From Antedon mediterranea (Eukaryota; Animalia; Echinodermata), in assembly GCF_964355755.1 (NCBI RefSeq), contig NC_092677.1, positions 23,981,175 through 24,045,174 of the forward strand: DNA of 64,000 nucleotides, in the 5' to 3' direction. Shown here piece after piece: positions 12,139 through 23,422 of this stretch; the stretch's first letter is position 1; each line of letters starts with the position of its first letter. The position numbers and the translations under genes are program-made. The notes under the pieces were generated by a model, which saw only the letters and a program-made list of their open reading frames with translations, had not been told where the DNA came from and did not search any database.

Positions 12139-12696
12139 GGTGTTAGCAATAATCGGGGAAACTTACTCCGTAATATTAGTATAATTAGCTAAACATTCTT
12201 CATTTTAGTAGTAGTAGTAGTAGTCATTAGTTTTATTAGACTAACTTAAGATATAACGAAAATAGAAATGTAAACTTGTATTCAATTCAATCATTTCAAT
12301 AAACTTTATTGTCAAACTCATGAATGGCTTGAAACTTTGGCTGAAAGTACACACATTAAAATTGTCTAAAAACATTATCGCACAAACAGTAAAAAAGAAT
12401 AAAATCACATAAAACTGAGAACAAGATGTCATATAAAAAGTTAAAAGAAGGCACAAAAATACAAATTGAGTTAAAAAAAACAGCTAAAATACTTATTGCG
12501 TTTATCTTTTCCACATTACATTATTATTGTTGTTGTTGTTAATTTGGCCTATATACACAAAAAAAAGTAATTTTACTTATATATTAAAAGCTTTTATCTA
12601 TAACTATATTGATCATTCTCAAGACTGTAACTTATCATAATTTTCTCGTATAGTGTTAAGTGTATTAGTAATTAGTTAAATGATGTAAGTTATTTA

Positions 12697-12990
12697 CCAT
12701 AAAATACTGACAAACGCTTCCAATTAGTAAGGCATAGTGTGATGTTTTATCAGCAATAACGATAACGTAACAAGTTTACATTTCTAAAACTAATGACAAC
12801 AATTATAGTTAATGAATGATTTTTAGCTAATTATACTATTATTACGGAGTTGAGTTATATCTGCTGAAAGTTTGCAACCCCGATTACAGATTTAATAACC
12901 AATTTACCTCTGTTACGTTACCGCTAGGTTGCTGATAAAAACATCACACTATGCCTTACTAAATTGGAAGAGTTTCTCAATATTTTATGG
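12697..12990. mobile_element. MITE with ~75-bp TIRs
   Basis: ccataaaata...ttccaattagtaaggcatagtgtgatgtttt is mirrored at 12912-12990; a second copy is split by the hAT element (9551-9588 + 12147-12280). Confidence 0.7.
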
Positions 12991-13343
12991 TTTGTTGTAA
13001 CAAAGAAATAAATAATGTATACTTGTATTATTATTTTATTGTTGTTTAAAAAATAATAATAATAAAATACATACATTTAACATATAAATCTACCTTATGA
13101 AATTAAAGTTTGTCAATAATATTTATAAATGTTTAAATAAAGAAATGGAAAATGTACAATGAAATACTATATTATGGTTGTTTAATCATACTATAAGCAT
13201 AAAATAAGTAATTAGTTAAGTACATTGAGCATTTATATCTCAATAACGTTTTTTAATGTTTACTATACCTCTATATAATGTATACATTTTTTGAAGCACT
13301 GTATTCGGAATCATTTGAGTATACGGGAGAGTCGAAGATCAAC

Positions 13344-16300
13344 ATGTATTTCACCGTTCTCCTTTTTTCGGTTCTACTCTGCTGTGAGTCTACTTTTGCG
13401 ACCTCTCAATTATATACAGTGATTTCACAACGTTCTCTCCTGGGCTGTAGTTACCAGCTTCTTAACATCGATCGAGCTGGATGTTTGTTGGCTTGTTCCA
13501 GGAAAGTTTACTGCTGGTCTGTTAACTACAGTGAGCAGGATCGTTTGTGTCAAATCAATAAAAATGTAAAAGACGAAGCATCTACAGAAGATTTTCAGCA
13601 AGAACCGTTTGAATATATAGAGAAGGTATCGTATTTATTTTTAAAACGTCTATTTCTTGTTCCTGACCCAGATATTATGATCAAAATTAAATATAAAATG
13701 AGCCGCTAGAAATGTAGATAAAAAGATAAAGATCTATTTTAATGCGGCATTATTATTTTTATGTATAGGTATTGGATGAAAACTTAAAGACTCGTGAGTA
13801 TACACATTTTTTCTATAAAAGGTTAGGCCTACAGAGATTTTATAGTACAGTGTTTGTAAATAAAATATGTATATTAACAAGTGCTTTCAAAATTCTTTAC
13901 TTTATCAACAACTATATAATTATTTCCACAAATAAAGTTTATTGGATCAAAGAACTGAAACCTACACCGAATAAACAAACCGATTCAGTAAAAGCTAAAT
14001 TGTTTGTTAATTAAGAAGGAGGAGCTTAATAGTATTGTAGGCCTTCTTTGATTAACCAATTAATTAGTATTTCCTGTCACCCATTGGTGTTTGTTGTTTT
14101 TGTATAATTCGATCACTTGATCTTGAAAATGGTTCCATGATGTTTCCGAAACGTCGATCTTTTTTTTTTGTCATTAAGTGTTATTGTAAAGTTTATTGGC
14201 TTATTTGTTATGAACCATTTGTTATGGTTCATAACAAATTAATACAAATGTTTATGTATTCGTATCTTCGTTTATACATTTTTTTACAACATATCTCTCC
14301 GAAATTATAATTTGTTAAAACGTATAGAATATAACAATTAATAAATAAATAAGCCTATATGATTAACAATTATGAAAATAATAATCAAACCAAGAACTCT
14401 TAGAACAGTTTCGAAACTCGTTGTTTGCGCCACAAAAAAGAAAGAAAAATGTGTATGGAATTATTGACATTGGCCCTTGTTAAATATCGTATATAATTGC
14501 AATAGGCCTACATTTTTCTTAACGGTTTGACTAAGAAATCGAAACAAATATTTATTCAAGAGAATCGCACACAAATTCGCTATATTTAAGCCCCCATCCT
14601 TGTACGGACGAACAAACTACTATGAACAAAACTGGACTTGTATTCTGACCTTTTGATTTTATTTTATTTTTCTAAAAACTGTGAATTTAGTAGTATTTTT
14701 TTTCAAAAGATATTGTTTTCACTGATCTGTCATTCTATTCAAGATTTCGGAATGCAAATTTTAAGTGCAGTTGTTTATTTATCAATCATACACTTTTTCT
14801 TTTCAGATGGTGTACATTCTATTTCATCTAAGGCTGCTTACGAAGTAGCCTCCAGCACTTGTAACATTAACTTAGGTTCACTTGTAGTCTGGGCTCCAGA
14901 CGGAGTTTTGTAAAAATATAAATATTTTTGCACATATGGCGTTTCATACGTGTATTACTTGAGTTTGGATACTCCGTCTGGGGAAACACGCATAAGTCAC
15001 GTGGTTTGACACCAAGAATTCTTGGTGCATAAATTATCCAGTTGACTAGTTTCAGCCGCATGCCATTGGCTACTCACTCGTACATTGTTTTAATATTCAT
15101 ATTTCAGAATTTCAAAGACTCAACGTCTAAGACGATGCGTATGCGCTATGTTACGTTTAGACAATGTGTAGGCCTACTTGGGTACATTGATGAAAGTTTC
15201 CGAAGGCTAAAAATGATTTTATATGCCTAGTAGTCTGGTAAACATTTGATGAGATTTTTCCCAAGAACATGAAAACTCGTCTTGATATGATAGGCTAGCT
15301 TCTCCGCCAAATCAAACATTGAATGGATCATTTATTATGCGAAAAAAATTAGATTTATTTCCCACCCAGACCCTGTCCTGTTCTGTGTGGTGGTGTAGCC
15401 TGTTGTGTGCCGGTCGGTGGTGGTATGTAGGCCTACCTTATTGGCGTTTTATTTGGAAGGTCATACGTACGAGTTGAGTAGCCCTACGAAGGAGGCCTAG
15501 GCCAGGACTAAACAATTAATAAACAAAACAACTTGGCAACACGATTTTCAACAGTTGTTCAGTCTCATCGTACATTCAGCATACTGTACGTACGTACTCG
15601 ATCTTTTTCATTTTGAAACAAAATGATCATTGGTTGATTCGAAATCCATATTTAAATACCGCACGCCCCATATAGCCAAATACGGTATGATAACCTACGT
15701 CATTCTTATCAGATGTTTGCGATCTGCAAATCGATTTCTATACGTGTTTCACAAGTCTGTATTTTCAGACAAAAATCGCGGTCGAAATAAAAACAAATAA
15801 ATAAAAAAAAGAAGACAATAAATACAGACTTGGGGCAAGTCTAGTTCACTTGCATCGTATGAACAACTTTACAACGCGTATCAACCACGTATGGACAACT
15901 GCATCAAAGGATGAGATAAGGATAAGCGGTGAGATTGCCTTCACCGAAATCGCAGGTGGATGCACATTGAATTCTCCAGATCAACGAAGTAATGTGTTCC
16001 CAGACAAGACATATGAAAGTGGCTATTATTGTCACAGAGGATATAATCAACCATTAGGTTTGTTTGATTATATTCCAAAAACCCAACGAATTATAAGGCT
16101 GACCGGTTTAAATTCATATAAATTATTGAATGCCAGTGAAGCTGAGGCAAGATGCAGTACCGTCTTTGGTGGTCGGCTGGCGACTCCTGTTGAGGTTTTT
16201 ACCGCAAAATACTCACTAGGTGTTGATCTTTGTGCAGGTGGCTGGTTCTTGAGAGGATTGGCGGGCAAACCTTGCGATGGGCAAGCTCCACCGATGTTTT

Positions 16301-16696
16301 GGCATTACCCAACTGGTAACAACATTTGGTTACAAGATCCATCAAACGAATGGTTTTCAATGTGTTATGTTCCTTTACAAAACCAGAGCATTACGTTACC
16401 AGATCCTTTTCCCTCTCTCATCATGTGATGGTCGTCAGTGGTACTGCACAATACGAGCTTACAAAACAGGATGCCGAGAATAGATGCGCAGATTACGGTG
16501 GAGCACTAGCATCACCAGGACAACTAAGCGCGGCACAATCGGCCGGTTATGATTATTGTAGCTATGGCTGGTTTCAACTGGAGGCAAGGTCATGTACCCT
16601 GTTGCGGTTTCTAGGACCGGTTGCGGTAATCCAGGGATTATGAGTAAGAATATCCGGAGTGGATCTAAATACGATGGTTATTGCTACATACCATGA
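13344..16696 (+). pseudogene. Secreted PAN/apple + three Link (hyaluronan-binding-type) module protein, disrupted
   Basis: Exon 13344-13625: signal peptide plus PAN (CLLAC...CWSVNY...LCQIN). Exon from 14807: Link1 GVHSISSKAAYEVASSTCNINLGSL|TE|ASYEQLYNAYQPRMDNCIKG*, Link2 EAEARC..FGGRLATP..GVDLCAGGW, Link3 YELTKQDAENRCADYGGALASPGQLSAAQSAGYDYCSYGW...YPVAVSRTGCG...KYDGYCYIP*. TE insertion plus frameshifts at ~15913, ~16420 and ~16585. Confidence 0.8.
14885..15843. mobile_element. Non-autonomous DNA transposon with 9-bp TSD inside the Link exon; family fragments at ~2063-2155, 23649-23960, 25870-25950
   Basis: TSD GTTCACTTG at 14876-14884 and 15844-15852; termini TAGTCTGGGCTCCAGAC / GACTTGGGGCAAGTCTA. 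Confidence 0.8.
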
Positions 16697-16749
16697 GTAT
16701 TGTAGCAAGTGGCAACCCCGGAACACGCCTTTCAGAAATCTTGGATCCG

Positions 16750-17140
16750 CCATGGATAGTTCCGGAGAAGATTCAAGTCTCCTTCAAGATGACCAACACC
16801 GATTGTGTGAATGGTCACAGAAGTGCGGATTGGAACTCAACTTTTAAGTATTAACCTTAAGAAAGCTCCTATTATTTTTTATTATACCATTACTGATCAT
16901 TTTATTGAAAGCGTTCCTACTCAAAAAGATCTTGGACTTTATGTTTACTCTAAACTTAATTTTTCCGTTCATATTAACGAAACCGTTAAAAAGGCAAACC
17001 GTATGTTGTGACTCATGTGGAGAAAATGTTTAGATATTTACCCCGAAACCAACATTTCTCTTTATTAGATGTTCTATCAGCCTTTTCTTGATTTCGGTTC
17101 TGTTATTTATAATTCAATTAGTGTGGTATATGTCAATCGT
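16750..17140 (+). mobile_element. Decayed CR1/Jockey-group LINE RT fragment
   Basis: LQDDQHRLCEWSQKCGLELN...KDLGLYVYSKLNFSVHINETVKKANRML, with frameshifts and stops. Confidence 0.75.
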
Positions 17141-17229
17141 GCATGTCAATTTGTCTTAAGCAAACTGAGCAAATTAACTTTGATCTTCTTTATAATTCTG
17201 TACATAGGCCTAGTTATTTTGATTGTAAT

Positions 17230-18824
17230 TAGGTGATCATTTAGAATAAAATGATCACCTATTGTTATTGTATGAAATCTTTATTATTATTATTTTTTTT
17301 TCTTTTTATTGTTTCTGTACACTATTTTGTGTAACAATTATCTCAACAAGTTTAATGTCAATGATTACCAAAATTTCAGAATATCTTTCAAATAATATAA
17401 CTTAATCCTAATCAGCTTTCCAGCGTGATCACTCATCCGTGACGTCATTTATACGCCATTTTGTGAAATCACATTATCAATCATATCTCCATAATTCATT
17501 ATGACATATTAATGAAATTCACTACAGGTAAACTTCAGGTCAAGGGTAAAAATATTAGCAAATAAAAAGTTGCGCGTTTCAAGGTCATGCACGTGAAATC
17601 GCGCGTTAAAATTTTAAAACGCGCAAAATTAGGTTTTGATCAATTTAGAGCATGAATTAGGCCATTTGCGCGTTTCAAAAAAATTACTGCGCAAAAATGC
17701 GTTTTTGTGCGCACGATTCTTAAAATGCGTAAAATATAAAATTTGATGTATAAATCACATTCTACTCACAATCCTTAGTACATTCACCAATTTTGAGTCC
17801 ATTCCGACTTAAAATAACGCTATACGAGCACGTTAAAAATGACAAAATGCGCACACTAATTGTACAAAAGTGCTAAAAATGGTAAAAAATAAGGACTTTT
17901 TAAAATGAATATAACTCTTCAGAATGGCAAATGACCCCCAATTTTTTTAACATATTATGGAAGCCAATAAGTTGTAGATACAAATGTATATACACATTAG
18001 ACGTACAAAATGGTATGACGTCATCAAATGGCCACTTGAATTTAAAAATTAGGAATTTTTATCTTTTTGTGTGGGCTATCACATTCTATAGAGCGCATCT
18101 CCGTTATTTGAGCCCGATTTTCGCACAACTTTTAGTATGTGCTTGCTCAATTAATTATTCTTCTAATGAGTTGTCAACATTTTTATTTTGATGACGTCAT
18201 CACGCGTAAAAACTTGAATTACCTAGGTCGTGTAATTTCAGCTACACCATACATTTGAATATCTTATAGCTCTTCAGAATTAAAGGTGACCTTGAGGATT
18301 ATAAGTTATTATGAAAGCTGATGAAATGTAGATATGAATTCATATTAAAATTAAGCCTATCGGATGTTGTGATGTTATCATATGGCCAGTTGAAGTTAAA
18401 AAGTAGTTTTTAAATTTCTTTAGTCAAAGTTATACAAATTTCAAAGACCGCGCATTGCGCTTCTACGTGTCAAATTTTCTTCCAATCCTTATATTTATTT
18501 GCTCAATTCATTATCTTTCGAAATTGTCATCTTCGAGTTTATTTTGAAAATTCCATCATACCAAAAAATTAGAACACGATATGAGTCCCGTAATTTCACC
18601 TATGCTACACTGTATATAGATATACAGTATATACTGTACATATTGTATGACACATAGGTAGAACTCAGCACTATAAGTGTATATGCAATCATGTCATAGG
18701 ATGGCGTACATCAACTTTTAACGATCGTATGTTAACGTACATGCATGTTTAAAAAATGTTAATTTTATTAAAATGATAAAAATGATCACCTATAATTCCT
18801 CAAAGTGACGAATTAAATTCTAGT
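17230..18824 (+). mobile_element. Helentron-associated non-autonomous element (HINE), ~1.6 kb
   Basis: 5' subTIR+IR AGGTGATCATTT..AAATGATCACCT, T-rich tract, 3' subTIR AAATGATCACCT, hairpin AATTCCTC..GACGAATT, CTAGTT end; body homologous to units of the 51.5-61 kb array. Confidence 0.75.
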
Positions 18825-19139
18825 TGTATATCTTGTTTCTTTATCCATGTAGCTTCTCGTAGATTAAGAACCAAACCCTCATTTTATTCATTCTTTGGAT
18901 TGTTTTGTAGTTTAAGTAAATTATATAATTCTCTTTTAGTTAAAGATAACGCCTTGATATTTTTTTCATATTTATTGAATCAGTTTAAGAACAAAGTTTT
19001 AAATTTTATTATAATGTTTATTTGTAGGCATTTGTTTATGTGTATTTGTATTCGTTTTGTTTTTGTATGTTAACCCTCCTGTTATTGGCTATTCTTATTT
19101 TGGTTCAATTAATCAATCAATCAATCAATTGATTAGTTT

Positions 19140-19892
19140 AACATTGTGCGCTACCATACCCATTTTTTTTGTATTGCACACAGTGAAAATAAATAGAATT
19201 TAGTTTAGTACTATGCGCTACTATACCCATTTTTGTTGTACTTGCGCACAGTGATAATACATTAGGATTTAGTTAAGTACTGTGCGCTACTATACCCATT
19301 TTGGTTGTACTTGAGCACAGTGATTATAAATAGAATCTAGTTTAGCACTGTGTGCTACTATACCCATTTTTTTTTGTACTTGAGCACAGTGATGAATAGA
19401 ATTTTGTTCAGCACTGTGCGCTACTATTCCTATTTTTGTTGTACTTGAGCACAGTGAAAAATAGGATTTAGTTTAGTAATGTGCGCTACCATACCCATTT
19501 TGGTTGTATTTAATAAATAGGATTTAGTTTAGTACTGTGCGCCACTATACCCATTTTTGTTGTACTGTACTTGAGCACAGTGATAATAAATAGGATTTAG
19601 TTTAGCACTGTGCGCTACCATACTTATTTTGGTTCTCCCTGCGCACAGTGATAATAAAATAGGATTTAGTTGAGCACCGTGCGCTACCATACCCATTTTG
19701 GTTGTACTTGAGCACAGTGATAATAAATAGGATTTAGTTGAGCACTGTGCGCTACCATACCCATTTTGGTTGTACTTGAGCACAGTGATAATAAATATGA
19801 TCTAGTTTAGCATTGTGCGCTATACCATACCTAATTTTGGTTGCACTCGCGCACAGTGATAATAAATTGTATTTAGTTGAGCACTGTGCGTT
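19140..19892. repeat. 68-bp hairpin minisatellite (~11 degenerate units)
   Basis: Unit agcactgtgcgctaccatacccattttggttgtacttgagcacagtgataataaataggatttagttt; reverse complement of the array at 30738. Confidence 0.9.
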
Positions 19893-19914
19893 ATTAGGCC
19901 TATACCTATTTTGA

Positions 19915-20085
19915 GCACATAATTCTACTTCATCCAATAGCCCTTGACATGAATGCCAGGCTTTAACTAATTATAAACGGGTGTTCAATGGTACAATAAA
20001 TGACAACATGTAAATACAATTACTTAGGCACGTTGAATAGGCTTATTAGAAGTCATGTAAAAAATTCATTATCTTGGAATATAGA
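19915..20085 (+). pseudogene. Decayed fragment of a cGLR paralog 3' end
   Basis: aattctacttcatccaatagcccttg...atgacaacatg..aaatacaatt...aataggcttattagaagtcatgtaaaaaattcattat aligns, with deletions, to ~8835-9065. Confidence 0.8.
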
Positions 20086-20552
20086 AATACAGTATTGTTT
20101 ATCTTAAGGTTTATGTGAATTAATAAATAGATAAATTAAACATATAAAAAAGACAAAAATGTAAACAAAAAAGATACTTTATTTAAATCATTTCACATTA
20201 TTATTATAAATGGTTTATTAAATTAATGTTTTGAATTTGGAATAACTTTTTTTTAAATAATTAATAAACAGGTACACTTTAAATACGCACTTTCAGTTGT
20301 AGATTTTAAACAATTTTGTATAGTTTCTCTACTGTATAGCAATAAATAAAACAATAACAATTAATACTTTTCATGTTCATCTTTTAATTCGTGTTATATT
20401 TATATATAAGTCCGTTTCTTTAATAAATAAATATACTTTTACAATGTATATAAGCCACGAGTTATTAAAGGTTATTGTGACCATAAAGTCTAAATCTCAT
20501 CGATATGTGAGGATGTTTGGAATGCTGCACGTAAGCCGTTTGTATCATGTTA

Positions 20553-21397
20553 AGCGTGGTTGCCACTAGCGACGCAACGTAACGCTACCTACTCAACGTA
20601 AGCAAATGCCCTTCCAATAATTGTGTTTGCCTCCGCCTGCGTGAAATCAAACCTACGATATTTGCAGCACTATTGCGTCGTCGGTTCCCACTTGTGATTA
20701 CGCAATACATCACTTTGCGTTGATACGTCGCTGCGTTGCGTTCTAGTGGGAACCACGCTTTAAAGTCAACAACTTGACTCGCGTGCAGGTTATAGAAGGC
20801 AAACCACACGTAGAAAATCAAAAGGGAATGCAATACAAAAACAGTGCATTGTCTTTCGTAGAGAGACTAATGTGCACGTTAACGTACGCAGTCCATGCTT
20901 AAAGCTTGGTTCCCACTAGAACGTAACGCAAGGACGTAAACGCAACGCAAGCGTTTTAACCAATGACAAGCAAAGTTATAGACAGTTAGCAATCATAAGC
21001 CATCGCTTGTGATTGGTCAATTCACTTGCGTTGCGTTACGTCCTTGCGTTTCGTCGCTAGTGGGAACCACGCTTTAAGCGTAACCGCAAGCGTGTTGACC
21101 AATGACAAGCGACAGTCGAATAAATCCATTGCTTGTGATTGGTCAAATCCCTTACGTTGCGTTATGTCCTTGCGTTGCGTCTCCATTGGGAACCAAGCAT
21201 GAAGCGTGGTTCCCACTAGCACGCAACGCAGCGACGTATCTACGAAAAGTGTTGTATTGCGTTAATTACAAGTGGGAACCGACGACGCAATAGTGCTACA
21301 AACATCGGTTTGATTTCACGCAGGCGGGGGAAAACACAATTATTAGAAGGGCATGCTTACGTTGCGTAGATTGCGTTGCTAGTGGGAACCAAGCTTG
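20553..21397. mobile_element. Cluster of Harbinger-type MITEs (20553-20759, 20903-21073, partial 21076-21200, 21203-21396)
   Basis: TIRs AGCGTGGTTCCCACTAG with TWA flanks; two subfamilies. Confidence 0.85.
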
Positions 21398-21899
21398 GCA
21401 TAATATACACCGTCTTTAGGAAACGGAATGTCAAGATGTATATATTCATTGGGTGACTCCTCTTAATTTGCATCCTAATTTGCATCTAGCATAGTTGCAA
21501 CTTTCTATTGTTCTAATTGTTTTTGTTGTTTTTCTGTTTGCCACAAAGTGTTCGTCTGCTCAGTTTTTGTGTAGAATAACATGGTTGCTGTGTGGTAAAT
21601 GTGTATCAATCATACTTTGTTGTATACTGGAGAGTAATTTGTTGCTATACTATACTATGTGTTTTATGTTTTATTGGAATTAATATTTGCTTTTGGATTT
21701 ATAAAGGAAGATCTATTAAATTAAGGTAGGCCTATTTATTTTTCCTATTGTTTTTTCAATTTACACCTAAAGACCAGAACTAGTTATGTCATTGATTTAT
21801 TGTGTGCTGACGATCATTTATGCTCTGCCTTTATCGTTTAGTTATAGTTAATAATAATAAATATCGTTACAATTTTTTCAATCCGGGTTTAAGGTGTTT

Positions 21900-22007
21900 T
21901 CAAAAGCTGTACAACAAAAGAGGCCATTGTATGTATTCTGATAGAATTCTCAAATTTCCAACAAGCCCTTCTTCACTGTTTGGCTTAATTACGAACTTCT
22001 GACATAT
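21900..22007 (-). pseudogene. Orphan duplicate of the CYP terminal exon
   Basis: Intact ttccag acceptor; [35 protein letters not shown], homologous to exon 10 for the first 22 codons. Confidence 0.75.
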
Positions 22008-23422
22008 CTGGAAATAGACGTTTAAAACAAAAATGTTATATTTTCCATTTTATTTAATATAAATAGATTGAATTTTGTATGTGTTGCTAGACGCGTATAT
22101 ACTATAACATTAATGTCCGTAAATGAGCACAATATATTATATATATTATATATTAGAACATGATTAGGATAGTTTACACGACGTGGACTGCTAGTGGCAA
22201 GTTCGTTAGTATTATTGCGGTTAATAATCTTTGGCTTGATGCAGACCGGATTCGAACCCGTACTCGTAATAAACGCCGAGTTCAGATCTTCCTCTCTATT
22301 CGTTCATGCCCGTTTATGCATTACGTCATTTATAAATTATTCACGCATAACTGAGTGTAAACATTTCCTCCACGGTGTAACCAGGGAATAGTTAACTTCC
22401 CTGGTGTAACTATCGCTATCATAGAAGTATGGATGTGGGTGTGCGTACTTTTATATGCCTATCTATAATACAATACATATTATATTCAGTGATAGCAGTA
22501 ACATTTGCGACGAAAGTACAAAATAGGTGGCGCTGTTGTATTTCAAAACAATAGTATAAACAAATATTTTCCAAACGCGAACAGATTTTTTTTTTCCTAC
22601 ACAAAAAAAAGTAAACGGTCGTTTAATAGTACTATTGCACGCCATCAAATGACGAGAATTTAGGTGTTATATAATATTATTTATTAAATCATTTTATGTT
22701 GTTGAGGAAGGATATTCTGCGTTACGTTATAGCTGGCTTCTTGAAAGAAGAACTGATAATCTGGAAAACACTAAGTGCAGGGAATTTCGCTCTTCCCTGA
22801 TGAGTTTTGATTGAGGGCCTAGTAGAACGCGTAATTTTGGCCTAAAATCTTGGAGGGGGCGCTGCTCCATACTGTGAAATGGCGTCTAACCATGTACTTC
22901 CGATACTGTGTTTTGAATGCAAATTGAAGAACAGGAGATATTCTTGTGTTATAAGTTCTTTGATGTAAACTCATTTCTTCAATTTTATTCATATATATTC
23001 TTCATGTTATCACACTCTTTTACATTTGTATTTTTATTATTTTCATTGCATTGTTAAGTTGCAAAATATAGACTGCGTATTTCCCAACAAAAAAAACACT
23101 GCCTAACACATAAATACGATAATTCCCTTACCCCAATGTATGTAAATTCACATCTTAATTTCTTTTCTTATATAATCACAACAAATTGGATTTAAACATA
23201 AAATATTTACCTAACATTAACAATGAGTTTTTAATTGAATTTAATCATTTATTTTTACGTTTTTATAAGTGAAAACATAATTTTTTCGGGGGTTTTTTCT
23301 TCTACGAAAGTAGTAGTGTTAAGCTGCAAAATGGCCTATTCAATATCTGATTTTATTGACCTTCCCTTTTCATGAGGGAAGAGTCTACGATTACGCTTGT
23401 GTTTTTATCCAAGCATACATCA

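Noticed and set aside
15850-16428. Standalone intact 192-aa gene
   Set aside because: It is one frame segment of the frameshifted Link-module pseudogene and has no ATG start.
22190-22270. tRNA gene (B-box GGTTCGAATCC on the minus strand)
   Set aside because: No cloverleaf or A-box; at most a tRNA-derived SINE fragment.
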